NCBI GenBank assembly: GCA_963827755.1 | Contig: CAWHCQ010000011.1 | Coordinates: forward strand, 1 to 64,000 | Reading direction: 5' to 3' | Length of the DNA: 64,000 bases | DNA from: an uncultured Gammaproteobacteria bacterium | Lineage (GTDB): Bacteria; Pseudomonadota; Gammaproteobacteria; UBA9214 | Shown here: piece by piece, positions 20,651 through 31,450 of the stretch | Layout: the number at the start of each line of letters is the position of its first letter | How positions within the stretch are numbered: the first letter of the stretch is position 1 | Notes under the pieces: generated by a model | The model's input: the letters and a program-made list of their open reading frames with translations, nothing else | The model's database searches: none | What the model was told of the DNA's origin: nothing | Translations under genes and position numbers: made by a program

Positions 20651-23600
20651 ATGTTAAATATCATGCTGAAGAGACGGGTTTCGTTACTTGTATTCATGCT
20701 CACCACGCTGACCGTATTTCCATTACTGGCGGACGATACCGAAATCTATCTCGGTGATCTCGACTTTTCCGTGGATGTCCGGCCGAACATTCTCTTTATC
20801 ATCGATACCTCGGGGAGTATGGGTACGAACGTGACTGTACCTGCCGGTTCCTATGATGCATCTCTGACCTATTCGGGTGATTGCGAACAGGACCGGGTCT
20901 ACTGGGATGCGGGCGGCGACCCGCCCGACTGTGACACCGATAACTGGTTCGAGGCGGCGGTCAATGTCTGTCAGGATTCGAATGCGGCATTGACAACCGG
21001 GCCGGGCATGTACCTGGGGCGGCTGGCACGCTACAAAACAAGTGCTAAAAAAGAGGACCAGTGGGCAAAACTCAACAAAAAGAAACATTCGCAAACCGTG
21101 GAATGCCAGGCCGACTGGGGTGTTCATGGCGATGGAACAGGTGGCACCTATCCGGCGGACGAGGACAACAGCGGCCCTTTTCGAGCTACTGCCAGCGGGG
21201 CGATCAACTGGAACAATACCGGCAGGAGCTATACGCTGTATTCAGGAAATTATCTTAACTGGAAGCATTTCTACTCGGGTGCAGGCCTGACCAGGACACG
21301 CCTGCAAATCGTCCAGGAGGTATTTTCCGGAGTGATCGACAGTACCTCCGGTGTGAATGCCGGGCTGATGCGCTTCGACAACAAGAACCAGGAGTACAAC
21401 AAGGGCGGCTATTTCCTGCTGCCGATGCAGGAACTTGACAGCACTTCAAGAACGACTTTCAAGAATGCGGTCAACGTCCTGACCCCGGGGGGTTATACAC
21501 CGCTGGCCGAAACCATGTACGAGGCGGCCCGCTATTATCGGGGTGAAGGCGTCGAGTTCGGCGATGATACCGACCCGGGTACCAATCATGCCGGTGTGCT
21601 GGATTCCTCCGATACAACCCGTTACAAAACACCGATCGAGTACCAGTGCCAGCAGAATTCGATCGTGATGCTGACCGATGGCGAACCGACCTATGACAGC
21701 AATGCCGACACTCTCATACAGGCACTGCCGGACTTCAATAATATTGCCGGAAACTGCGCCTTCAGCGGCGATGACTGTCTCGATGAAGTCGCGCACTATC
21801 TCCAGGACTACGACCAGAACGGGGCTATCGATGATGACCAGACGGTAACCTCCTACATGATCGGCTTTCATACCGACCAGACACTGCTGAAGGATGCCGC
21901 CAGGAAGGGGGGCGGTTCGTATTATACGGCGGACAATACAGGCGAATTGACCACCGCATTTACCAAGATTATTACCGAGATCCTGACAGTCAACACCACC
22001 TTCGTTGCACCTGCTGTGCCGGTGAACGCCTTCAATCGCCTGACACACCGCGATGAACTGTATTTTGCGCTGTTTCGTCCGGGCAAGAACCCGCAATGGT
22101 CGGGTAATGTGAAACGTTACCAGCTGACGGGTACTCCACCGGTATTAACCGACGCAAACGGCAACCCTGCAGTTGATGCTGCTACCGGATTTTTTGGCAA
22201 TAAGGGAACCAGCTTCTGGACGCAGGCGATCGATGCACCGGATGGCCAGGACGTAGCCCTGGGCGGTGCCGCGAGCCGGCTGACGGTCGGCCGTAACGTG
22301 TATACCTATACCGGCGCAGGCACACCGGCTAATGTGTCGCTCGCAGCCAGTGAAAATCTGTTCGACGAATCCAATGCCGGGCTCACCAAGACACTGCTGG
22401 GGATCGGCTCGGAAAGCGATGCCTATCGCACCGAGCTGCTGCGCTGGAGCCGGGGTATTGATATAGATGATGTGGATGAGGACGGCTCGACGACCGATGC
22501 ACGCCGCCAGATGGGCGATCCCCTGCACAGCAATCCCGTTGTGATCAACTACGGCGGCACAGATGCCAACCCCGATATCACGCTGTTTGCGGCAACCAAT
22601 GAGGGCTTTCTTCATGCCATCGATACGCGAGACGGCACCGAGGTGTTCTCCTTCATTCCGCAGGAACTGCTGCCGAACCTGGATCTGCTCTACAAAAACT
22701 CCGGGGCAACCAGTCACCCGTACGGGCTGGATGGTCCTCTCACCGTCTGGGCAAACGATGTCAATAATAACGGTGTCCTGCAGACTCCCGCCGGTGCGAC
22801 AGAAAGCGGCGAGCATGCCTATCTCTATGCCGGTATGCGGCGAGGCGGGAAAGACTTCTTTGCCCTGGACGTGACTAACCGCAGCAGCCCGGTATTGAAA
22901 TGGGTGATCAAGGGTGGCCAGGGCAATTTCGCCGAGCTGGCGCAGACATGGTCACGCCCGCAGCTTGCGCGGATCAAGAGTGGCGGTGCCTCCAGGACGG
23001 TATTGCTCTTCGGCGGTGGCTATGACGTCAACCAGGACTCGGCGAGTGCCGGTGTGGATAGCGAGGGGCGGGCGCTTTTCATGGTCGACGCGACAACCGG
23101 CGCGCGCCTGTGGTGGGCAGGCGGCATCACATCGGGTGCCAACCTGGCGCTGGCAGACATGCAATACAGCATGCCGGCAGCAGTACTGTCGGCGGATATC
23201 GACGCCGATACCCTGACCGACATCGTATTCGCGACCGATATCGGTGGCCAGGTCTGGCGCTTTGATATCAACAACAGCGCTGATGATTCGGTGATAACGG
23301 GGGGTGTCGTCGCCAAGCTGGCCGGACCCGGTGCGGATGAGCGCCGTCGTTTCTACGAGCGGCCCGATGTATCGTTGCTGAAACGCAGCAACGGACAGCT
23401 GGTCTACTCTATCGGGATCGGATCAGGGTACCGGGCGCACCCGCTCGATTCGTCCACCCAGGACCGTTACCATATGCTGTTTATCGGTGATGTCCATGCG
23501 CCGCCAGCGAGCTATACGGTGCTGACCGAGAGCGACTTGCTGAATGTTACCGATGATCTCAATCCAGACCTGACAGGGTCAAAGGGTTGGTACATCAATC

Positions 23601-23959
23601 TGGAAGCCGGTGAAAAGGTCATGGCGCGTTCCAAGACGGTCGACGGGCTGACCCTGTTCACCACGTTCAAACCGAACCAGGGGAGTGCCGACTCCTGCGC
23701 GCCCAGCCAGGGCCTGGGGCGGTTGTATGCCGTGAGCACCCTTGATGCAAGATCGCGGCATAACCTCGATGGTGCGGGTACCCTGGGCAACCTGACGAAG
23801 GCTGACCGCAGCCTTAACCTGGTGCGTGGTGGTATCCAGCCGGAGCCGACCCTGATCTTTGTCAAGGATAGTAACCCGGTGATCGTGGTAGGTACGGAGA
23901 AAGTGGCGGAGATTCCGCTTTATATGCCGACGAAACGCACTTCCTGGGAAGACCAGTGA
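20651..23959 (+). CDS. pilY1: PilY1/PilC pilus tip adhesin (vWA plus beta-propeller)
   Basis: MIDAS DTSGSM, TPLAET, LTDGEP; W.GNVKRY; MGDPLHSNP; GMRRGG; QTWSRP; GGGYD; Ca-loop DIDADTLTD. Confidence 0.92.
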   Translation: MLNIMLKRRVSLLVFMLTTLTVFPLLADDTEIYLGDLDFSVDVRPNILFIIDTSGSMGTNVTVPAGSYDASLTYSGDCEQDRVYWDAGGDPPDCDTDNWFEAAVNVCQDSNAALTTGPGMYLGRLARYKTSAKKEDQWAKLNKKKHSQTVECQADWGVHGDGTGGTYPADEDNSGPFRATASGAINWNNTGRSYTLYSGNYLNWKHFYSGAGLTRTRLQIVQEVFSGVIDSTSGVNAGLMRFDNKNQEYNKGGYFLLPMQELDSTSRTTFKNAVNVLTPGGYTPLAETMYEAARYYRGEGVEFGDDTDPGTNHAGVLDSSDTTRYKTPIEYQCQQNSIVMLTDGEPTYDSNADTLIQALPDFNNIAGNCAFSGDDCLDEVAHYLQDYDQNGAIDDDQTVTSYMIGFHTDQTLLKDAARKGGGSYYTADNTGELTTAFTKIITEILTVNTTFVAPAVPVNAFNRLTHRDELYFALFRPGKNPQWSGNVKRYQLTGTPPVLTDANGNPAVDAATGFFGNKGTSFWTQAIDAPDGQDVALGGAASRLTVGRNVYTYTGAGTPANVSLAASENLFDESNAGLTKTLLGIGSESDAYRTELLRWSRGIDIDDVDEDGSTTDARRQMGDPLHSNPVVINYGGTDANPDITLFAATNEGFLHAIDTRDGTEVFSFIPQELLPNLDLLYKNSGATSHPYGLDGPLTVWANDVNNNGVLQTPAGATESGEHAYLYAGMRRGGKDFFALDVTNRSSPVLKWVIKGGQGNFAELAQTWSRPQLARIKSGGASRTVLLFGGGYDVNQDSASAGVDSEGRALFMVDATTGARLWWAGGITSGANLALADMQYSMPAAVLSADIDADTLTDIVFATDIGGQVWRFDINNSADDSVITGGVVAKLAGPGADERRRFYERPDVSLLKRSNGQLVYSIGIGSGYRAHPLDSSTQDRYHMLFIGDVHAPPASYTVLTESDLLNVTDDLNPDLTGSKGWYINLEAGEKVMARSKTVDGLTLFTTFKPNQGSADSCAPSQGLGRLYAVSTLDARSRHNLDGAGTLGNLTKADRSLNLVRGGIQPEPTLIFVKDSNPVIVVGTEKVAEIPLYMPTKRTSWEDQ

Positions 23960-23977
23960 CAGGCGGGGCGAAATCTC

Positions 23978-24382
23978 ATGAATTCTGAGCGCGGATTTAC
24001 GCTGGTAGAACTGATGATCACTTTGGTGATTCTTGCCATTCTTGTCGCTTTTGCATTGCCTTCCTATACCGCCCATGCACAGAAATCACGCCGTACCGAT
24101 GGCACCGCGGCCCTGAGCCGGGCAACCATGGTGATGGAGTCGTGTCGTTCGGATCTGGCGACATACAGCGGGTGTACGGGAAGAGTTGCCACCACGTCCG
24201 ATGAGTCACATTACACCATTGCCGTCACTGTCGCCGCTGATGGTGCCACCTATGCACTTGTCGCCACTGCGACGGGTGTCCAGGCTGAAGATACCAGGTG
24301 CACCACATTGACGCTGAATTCTCAGGGCACCAGGGGTTATACAGGGTACGCGCCGAATGCCGCCAGCTGCTGGGGTGGCTGA
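23978..24382 (+). CDS. pilE: Type IV minor pilin PilE
   Basis: RG|FTLVELMI...ALPSY...KSRRTDG; C-terminal disulfide C...CW. Confidence 0.88.
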   Translation: MNSERGFTLVELMITLVILAILVAFALPSYTAHAQKSRRTDGTAALSRATMVMESCRSDLATYSGCTGRVATTSDESHYTIAVTVAADGATYALVATATGVQAEDTRCTTLTLNSQGTRGYTGYAPNAASCWGG

Positions 24383-24463
24383 AGAACGAACAGGACAGCC
24401 GGCGCGCGGGCCGGGACCGTTCCTGCAGTGATTGATAAAAGCCGGGGCTGGACCTGTTCCGGT

Positions 24464-25684
24464 CTAATCGTCCTGCCAGCGCCTGAAAATCAGGGTTGCG
24501 TTGGTTCCGCCAAATCCAAAGCTGTTCGACATCATTGTATTTACGCCGGCGTTGTCGATGCGTTCCCGTATGATCGGGAAATCCGCGCCAGCGGGATCGA
24601 GTTCGGTGATGTTGGCCGATTTACTGAGGAAGTCCTCCTGCATCATCAGCAACGAGAAGATGGCCTCATGCACGCCTGCAGCGCCGAGTGAATGCCCCGA
24701 CAGTGATTTTGTCGAGTTGATCTTCGGAATCCTGTCGCCAAAGACCGTGCGCACGGCCTCCAGTTCACGCATGTCACCGACCGGGGTACTGGTGCCGTGT
24801 GCATTGATGTAATCAATCGGCTCGTCGACGCTGGCCATGGCCTGTTGCATGCAGCGTACGGCACCTTCGCCGGAGGGTTGTACCATGTCGTAACCATCAG
24901 ACGTCGCACCGTAGCCAACAAGTTCGGCGTAGATTTTTGCGCCACGCGCTTTGGCGTGTTCCAGTTCTTCCAGTACCACCATGCCGCCGCCACCGGCAAT
25001 CACGAAGCCGTCGCGCGTGGCGTCATAAGGGCGTGATGCAGTTTCCGGTTTGTCATTGTATTTAGAGGACAGGGCACCCATGGCGTCGAACATCAGTGAC
25101 AGGGTCCAGTGCAGTTCTTCGCCGCCTCCTGCAAAGACGATATCCTGTTTGCCAAACTGGATCAGTTCACAGCCATTGCCGATGCAATGTGCGCTGGTCG
25201 AGCAGGCCGAACTGATGGAGTAATTCACCCCGAGAATCCTGAACGGTGTGGCAAGGCAGGCCGAGTTGGTGCTCGACATGGTGCGCGGGACCATGTAGGG
25301 CCCGACCCGGCGCAGGCCTTTTGCACGCAGGGTGTCAACGGCCAGGGTGACGTTCTCGGTCGATGCGCCACCGGAGCCTGCAATCAGGCCGGTGCGCACA
25401 TTGGATATCATGTCGTCTTCCAGGCCGGAATCCTCGACGGCCTCCCGCATGGCGAGATAGTTGTAGGCGGCACTGTTGCCCATGAAGCGGCGCAGTTTGC
25501 GGTCAATCAGCTCTTCGGTGTTTATATCGACGGTTCCGGCAACATGACTGCGGAAACCCAGTTCTTCATACTCGGGCACAAATTCAATACCTGATTTTCC
25601 CTCGCGCAGGGAATCGGTGACTTCTTTTTTATTGTTCCCGATACTGGAAACAATACCTAGTCCGGTAACGACAACTCGACGCAT
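24464..25684 (-). CDS. fabB: 3-oxoacyl-ACP synthase I
   Basis: [54 protein letters not shown]. Confidence 0.96.
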   Translation of the reverse strand: MRRVVVTGLGIVSSIGNNKKEVTDSLREGKSGIEFVPEYEELGFRSHVAGTVDINTEELIDRKLRRFMGNSAAYNYLAMREAVEDSGLEDDMISNVRTGLIAGSGGASTENVTLAVDTLRAKGLRRVGPYMVPRTMSSTNSACLATPFRILGVNYSISSACSTSAHCIGNGCELIQFGKQDIVFAGGGEELHWTLSLMFDAMGALSSKYNDKPETASRPYDATRDGFVIAGGGGMVVLEELEHAKARGAKIYAELVGYGATSDGYDMVQPSGEGAVRCMQQAMASVDEPIDYINAHGTSTPVGDMRELEAVRTVFGDRIPKINSTKSLSGHSLGAAGVHEAIFSLLMMQEDFLSKSANITELDPAGADFPIIRERIDNAGVNTMMSNSFGFGGTNATLIFRRWQDD

Positions 25685-25694
25685 GATAAATTTC

Positions 25695-26240
25695 CTAGAA
25701 ATTTTCTGTAGAGGTAAACAGACCTACACGCAGGCTGGTGGCGGCGTATATTACACGGCCATCGACTTCCATCACACCATCGGCAATTCCCATGTTCAGT
25801 TTGCGCTGGATGACGCGTTTCATGTCGATGCGGTAGGTAATTAACTTGTTTTTCGGCGTAACCTGGCCGGTGAACTTGACCTCGCCGGCACCCAGAGCGC
25901 GGCCACGGCCGGGGCTGCCGGCCCAGCCAAGGTAAAAACCAACCAGCTGCCACATGGCATCCAGTCCCAGGCAGCCGGGCATGACCGGGTCGCCGTCAAA
26001 ATGGCAATCGAAAAACCACAACTCGGGTTTTACCTCGAGTTCTGCAATGATCTCTCCCTTGTTGTATTTCCCGCCGGTGTTCCTGATGCTGACGATTTTA
26101 TCAATCATCAGCATGGGTGGCAGCGGCAGCTGGGCATTGCCCGGGCCAAACATGCGGGCATGGCCGCATTCCAGCAATTCCTCGTAGCTGTAACTGCTTT
26201 TACCGTGACTGTTGCTGTCGGGCTGGGTTGATTGCGGCAT
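25695..26240 (-). CDS. fabA: 3-hydroxydecanoyl-ACP dehydratase/isomerase
   Basis: [39 protein letters not shown]. Confidence 0.97.
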   Translation of the reverse strand: MPQSTQPDSNSHGKSSYSYEELLECGHARMFGPGNAQLPLPPMLMIDKIVSIRNTGGKYNKGEIIAELEVKPELWFFDCHFDGDPVMPGCLGLDAMWQLVGFYLGWAGSPGRGRALGAGEVKFTGQVTPKNKLITYRIDMKRVIQRKLNMGIADGVMEVDGRVIYAATSLRVGLFTSTENF

Positions 26241-26376
26241 GATTTCGGGTCAGGAGTCCTGTTGATTTACAGCATGGCCCGGTATTCTAAGCTAATTTGC
26301 ATCAAGTCTGTAGATGGATTTTCAGTGCTCCATGCCGGTCGTGCAGTGTGGGCAGTGGCGCCTGGATGGACGGGTT

Positions 26377-26859
26377 CTAATCCCTGAAATTAATGTATTG
26401 CAGCGGCAGATCAGGATTGGAGTCCTTGATATGCTGAATGACGTTTTGCAGCTCATCACGTTTTTTTCCGCTGACGCGGACCTTGTTACCCTGAATGCTG
26501 CTTTGCACTTTTATTTTTAATTCCTTGATTTGTTTGACAAGTTTCCTGGCTGTGTCCTGGTCTATACCTTGCCGGATGGTGATCTCCATGCTGGCTTTCT
26601 TGCCGTTGGACTGGATTTCCCCCTCCGAGAGTGCGGCTATATCAATGCCGCGTTTTGTAATTTTCAGATGCAGGATGTCGAGGATCTGCCTGATCTGAAA
26701 CTCGGTGGCGGTGTGCAGAGTCAGCATTGCTTCTTTTTGCTCTATGCGGGAATCGGAGCCCTTGAAGTCAAAACGGTTGCCGATTTCGCGGTTGGCCTGG
26801 TCGACAGCATTGGTCACCTCGTGCAGGTCCACTTCAGAAACAATATCGAACGAAGGCAT
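26377..26859 (-). CDS. yajQ: YajQ-family nucleotide/c-di-GMP-binding protein
   Basis: MPSFDIVSEVD, NAVDQANREI..RFDFKG, RVSGKKRDELQ, PLQYINFRD. Confidence 0.96.
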   Translation of the reverse strand: MPSFDIVSEVDLHEVTNAVDQANREIGNRFDFKGSDSRIEQKEAMLTLHTATEFQIRQILDILHLKITKRGIDIAALSEGEIQSNGKKASMEITIRQGIDQDTARKLVKQIKELKIKVQSSIQGNKVRVSGKKRDELQNVIQHIKDSNPDLPLQYINFRD

Positions 26860-26921
26860 TGGCAGACTCCCTGGTCATTTAAAAGCACAGGCGCTGCATT
26901 ATATCCATAAGTAACTGCCGG

Positions 26922-26951
26922 AAAAAACAAACGACCGGCAAACCGGTCGTT
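26922..26951 (-). terminator. Rho-independent terminator
   Basis: aacgaccgg-caaa-ccggtcgtt hairpin followed by a T-tract on the minus strand. Confidence 0.65.
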
Positions 26952-26986
26952 GATGTTCGTTAGCAGGGTGCCGGGTAATGGCCTTG

Positions 26987-28511
26987 TTACAATTCCCGGG
27001 CCCTTTTGAACAGGGAGAGCATGCCTGTCAGCAGTTGTTCCAGCAGGCCAATGCGTGCTGTCCTGACAGCAATGGTTTGTCCGGATGGATTCTGTCTGCA
27101 GGCCTTGCCGGTATTTTTTCCCGAGGCATGCACGGTGGCAGGATTCGCCGAGCCAGTGGCTGGCTTGACATTGACACTTGCCGTATCGCGGCAGGGCGGC
27201 GTGTCGGGATTGCTGTCAGCCGTGATTTCAATTATTTCATCGGCTGTATATGCCTCGGGAGGTAAAATTTCAATCTCGAATCCCGCAATCTCTTCTGCCC
27301 GGGATAGATCCGGGACAGCGGGTGGGGATTGAAGTGTCCCTGGCTGACGTCGAAGATGCATGGCTTCCAACAATGCTGCTTGCTGCCACGCCCTCGCCGG
27401 GTGGTGGGACTGATGTAACTGCGCTGCGGCATGCCATTGCCGGCAGGGCCGTATCGATTTTCCCGGCCTGCATGGGGCTGGTACCGGTTTGTGTGTCCGT
27501 TGTAACTCTGCATTCAGCCACTATTGCAGCGGCCGTTTTCTTTGCGGGCTGCCGGCATGGCGGCGGCTGGTCATTATCTTCATAGACAACCGTGTCGCCA
27601 CCGCTGGCAATCGCATTTGCCAGCCGGCTCTTTGCAAGGGAAATCAGGTCATCAAAGCGGGTGTTACGGCGAATCTCCGTGGCCGCGACACCGATGCTGA
27701 TTGTAAAATGAATTCGCTCATTACCATGTTTCAGGACACGTTCGCTGATGCACTTCCTGATGCGGTTGGCCAGGTTCTGTATGCCGTTGTTGTTCAGTCC
27801 CGGGAGGAGCAGGGCGAAACGGGCAGTACTGATACGTGCGGCTGTGTCTTCATGGCGAATGCTCGTGGTGAGTACCGTGGAGACTGTTTGAATTATGCTT
27901 TTGGACACACGCTCACCCAGTGCCTTGTAGAGGTCGCCATAGTGGTCGATTTCGATATGAAACACGGATAGCCGGGTGTTGTGCCGGACGGCATATGCCA
28001 GTTGCTGGTAGCCGAGTTCCATGAACGCCATTTCATTTGCGAGCCGGGTCAGCGGGTCGACGGCAGATTTGTCTTCCTGGGCAAGGCTTTGTTCCCTGAG
28101 CGTGCGCGCGGTGCTATGGGCGCTGGCGTGTGCCTGGGTGCGTGCCAGCAGATGTACGGAATCAAAAGGTTTGCCGATAAAATCGGTTGCACCCGCCAGG
28201 GTGGCGCGTTTCTTGGTTTCTTGCGAATCATCGGCGCCTGTAATGATGATTACCGGCAAGTCTCGAATATGGGGAAGATGGGAATTCCTGATACGTTCCA
28301 GCAGCCCGAAGCCGTCCAGCCCCGGCATGCTGAGATCGGAGATTACCAGGGAAAAGATTTCCTTGCCGGCAAGGATATTCCAGGCATTTTCACCGTCGAC
28401 TGCTTCAACCGTCTCGAAATGATCACACAGGATCTTGCGGGCGGTGATCCGGACTACCTTCGAGTCATCGACGATCAGGAGTCGTTGCTGTTCCCGGGTA
28501 TTGCTGTTCAT
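26987..28511 (-). CDS. REC plus degenerate GGDEF protein with low-complexity C-terminal tail (probable frameshift at ~27320-27400)
   Basis: REC LIVDDS...ISDLSMPG...IGKP; DPLTRLAN; GGDEF position reads ARISTARF. The overlapping ORF 26987-27373 looks like the continuation. Confidence 0.75.
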
Positions 28512-28771
28512 CGGGGCTCCGTTTTCTGGTTGTGTTCCATCTCTTTATAGCGGCCTGTCCGCTGCGGTCTTTAGTCCCTGCAGGCCTCTGCGGGGAGAAT
28601 TATTCCTGTCCCTGACAGAGCGCTGGCGGGGTAAGTGCCGCTGCGGCTTTTCGGGGTGATGGTGCTATCGAGTGGCATGTTTTAGACTGCAGGCAGGCAG
28701 GGCGGTGCAGGGCTTGTGTTCCCGACTGCCCGGGCAGTGGAATCAGGCGCAGCAAAGGAAGGGAATGTTTG

Positions 28772-30139
28772 ATGAATAGCAGAATTTTCGAGCTGCAGAC
28801 ACAGCTGAAATCCTACGTGTGGGATGCAGACCTGGGCGACCTTGCCGGCCCGCAAAGGATCTTCGTCTTTGTGCTGCGTGTAATGCATATGCTGGTGCGT
28901 GAGTTGCTGGGCGGCCAGTTGAACCTGCGTGCGATGAGCCTGGTCTACACCACCTTGCTGTCCATCGTTCCCCTGCTGGCAGTGAGTTTCTCGGTGCTGA
29001 AGGGTTTCGGGGTTCATAACAGGATCGAGCCACTGTTGTTTAATTTTCTTGAGCCACTGGGGCCGAAAGGTGCAGAGATAACCGCGAATGTCATCTACTT
29101 TGTCGAGAATGTAAAAGTGGGTGTGCTTGGTTCGATTGGTTTTGCCCTGCTGATTTATACAGTCATTGCGCTGGTGCAGAAGATCGAGGCGGCCTTCAAT
29201 TTTGTCTGGCAGATCGAGCACCTGCGTCCCCTGTCGCAGAGGATCAGTAACTACCTGAGCGTCATACTGATTGGTCCGGCGCTGATTTTTATTGCGATCG
29301 GTATTTCTGCATATGTGTTGAACATGGATTTGACGCAGAAGCTGGTTGCACTCGAGCCACTCGGTTCCCTGGTCGTGTTTTCCAGCACGCTGGTTCCCTA
29401 CGTGCTGGTCTGCCTGGCATTCACCATGATTTACATATTCATACCCAACACGCGGGTACAGTTTAAAGCCGCGCTTGTGGGTGGCGTGATTGCCGGTGTG
29501 ATATGGAAGATCGCCGGTTGGGGCTTTGCGGCCTTCATTGTGACCTCGTCCAAGTATGCCGCGATCTATTCGAGTTTTGCGATCATGATCCTGCTGTTGA
29601 TCTGGATGTATATCAGCTGGTTGATCCTGCTGGTTGGCTCGCAGATAGCCTTCTTTGTGCAATATCCAAAATACATGACCATGCACCGGGTGCGTTTTGT
29701 ACTCAGCAGCCGTTTGCGTGAGCAGCTTGCCTTCCAGATCATGTACCTGGTTGCGTACAACCACCACCATAACAGGCCACCATGGAATCTCGACCAGATG
29801 GTTGGCTACCTGAACATACCCGGTGAGCCGGTGCATCTCATGATCAAGGCACTGGTGGATGCCGGCTACCTTTTCGAAATTGACAATGAGGAACCACCCG
29901 TCTATCTGCCGTTGCATGATATTGACACGATTCGCCTTGTTGACCTGTTGAGGGATATTCGTGCTGCAGGTGAAAGCCGCTTCCTTAGTCTGCGGCAACT
30001 GACCCCGGTGCAAGCGATCGACAGGCTGATGGCCGGGGTGGTGGAATCGTCTGGAACTGCACTGGGTGAACGCACCCTGAAAAGCCTGGTGCTGGATGCC
30101 GATACAGGTCTTGAGCAAGGCGCTTCCGCGGTCAAGTAA
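28772..30139 (+). CDS. YihY/virulence factor BrkB family inner-membrane protein with C-terminal winged-helix-like domain
   Basis: LNLRAMSLVYTTLLSIVP; IEAAFNFVW; YAAIYSSFA...W.YISW.I.L.G. Confidence 0.88.
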   Translation: MNSRIFELQTQLKSYVWDADLGDLAGPQRIFVFVLRVMHMLVRELLGGQLNLRAMSLVYTTLLSIVPLLAVSFSVLKGFGVHNRIEPLLFNFLEPLGPKGAEITANVIYFVENVKVGVLGSIGFALLIYTVIALVQKIEAAFNFVWQIEHLRPLSQRISNYLSVILIGPALIFIAIGISAYVLNMDLTQKLVALEPLGSLVVFSSTLVPYVLVCLAFTMIYIFIPNTRVQFKAALVGGVIAGVIWKIAGWGFAAFIVTSSKYAAIYSSFAIMILLLIWMYISWLILLVGSQIAFFVQYPKYMTMHRVRFVLSSRLREQLAFQIMYLVAYNHHHNRPPWNLDQMVGYLNIPGEPVHLMIKALVDAGYLFEIDNEEPPVYLPLHDIDTIRLVDLLRDIRAAGESRFLSLRQLTPVQAIDRLMAGVVESSGTALGERTLKSLVLDADTGLEQGASAVK

Positions 30140-30145
30140 TTGTTT

Positions 30146-30657
30146 TCAGTCAAGCAGGGCGGTTTCCACCGGGTGCGGTCTTCCGGCAGACAGCCCGGCT
30201 GACTGGACATGGATCCATTCCGGCAGTTTTGCCTCCATTTCCCGGTAGACCTGGGCGTCGCTGGCTGTCTGTACAACCCTGCAGTCCGGGCAGGTGGCTG
30301 ATGCGGTAATACCAGGCGGCATAACCGCCGTTCTCTGTCGAGGCCCAGGTCTGTATCGGTCCGATCACATTCGTAATTGTGTTGTTCCCTACCCAGATTC
30401 CGTCACAGAGCCGATCACCGGCCTGTTTGCGGGCGCTTCCCAGGGCAGTGTGAGCCATCGCCCTGGCGACAGTTGCCGTTTGTGCTGCGTCTCTCGGGAC
30501 CCAGGCGATATAGTGGTCCAGCACGGGCTTCAGCCGACGGGATCGCCTCGGTTGCAACAAGTTCCGATATCGACGGGCTGCGGGGAGTCAGCGCGCAACC
30601 CTGGAGCACCAGTAGCAGGTATACTGTAGCCAGTTTTGGCAGTAATCGATTTTTCAT
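30146..30657 (-). CDS. Hypothetical lipoprotein, apparently frameshifted twice (~30520 and ~30270)
   Basis: MKNRLL...LQGC lipobox; continues in ORF 30150-30560 (HYIAWVPR...WYYRISH) and ends in a third frame ...VYREMEAKLPEWI...ALLD*. Confidence 0.55.
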
Positions 30658-30818
30658 GCCGCCGCTCTCCGGGATATTCGTGAATAAAGTGGCCGCATTC
30701 ATGCGAGCCAGTGATTACTATCCTTGCGCATTCCGGCCGGAGATTCTGTGAACCATGTACAGAATTGCGTAATTTCCGGTTTCGACAGAAAAAAATATGG
30801 CCATAAGCAATTGACCTG

Positions 30819-31025
30819 ATGATAAAAACAGACGATAAAATCGATCGATGCGTAGAGGGCCTTTGTGACCAGGGATGTGACAGGGTTAACAGTTTTATTG
30901 CTGCTTTAAAGGGAGGAGAGGATTTTCCGGAGGTGGCGGGCTTGAGTATGGAGGAACGCCAGCGGGTGCTGGAAAACCTGGTGTCGATAATGGCTGTCTA
31001 CGGTGACCGGTCCGGGAGTAGATGA
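30819..31025 (+). CDS. Small Cys-motif hypothetical protein
   Basis: 68 aa, CxxxxCxxGC, ends SIMAVY; ATGA overlap with the next gene. Confidence 0.65.
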   Translation: MIKTDDKIDRCVEGLCDQGCDRVNSFIAALKGGEDFPEVAGLSMEERQRVLENLVSIMAVYGDRSGSR

Positions 31026-31439
31026 TTTACCGGCAGTCATTGGAAATAAAAACGACCGGGCGTGGCAGCTTATTCCATCACGGCCGCGATACAGCGTCAT
31101 GTACAGCAATCAGGTATTCGCGTCGGGCTCTGTCACCTGTTCCTGAAACATACCAGTGCTTCGCTTATTCTTTGCGAGAATGCAGACCCGGACGTACGTG
31201 AAGACCTGGAGCGGTTTATGTCGCGGCTGGTGCCTGACGGTGATTCGTTATTCAGTCACACCGCAGAGGGTCCGGATGATATGCCGGCACATGTAAGGAA
31301 CATCCTGACACATTCGGATCTGACGCTGCCGGTCACAGATGGTCGCTGCAGTCTGGGAACCTGGCAGGGTGTGTATTTATGGGAGCACCGGCGGCCGGGG
31401 CATCACCGGGAAATCACCATAACCGTATATGGTGAGTAA
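31022..31439 (+). CDS. yjbQ: YjbQ/UPF0047 family protein (frameshift near 31070)
   Basis: HTSASL..ENADPDV, H..EGPDDMPAH, LGTWQGVYLWEHR; N-terminus MIYRQSLEIKTTGRG lies in another frame. Confidence 0.88.
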
Positions 31440-31450
31440 CGCCGGTATGA

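Noticed and set aside
28682-30118. 478-aa minus-strand ORF
   Set aside because: It is the antisense shadow of the well-supported YihY/BrkB gene, has no recognisable motifs, and such shadows are common in GC-rich DNA.
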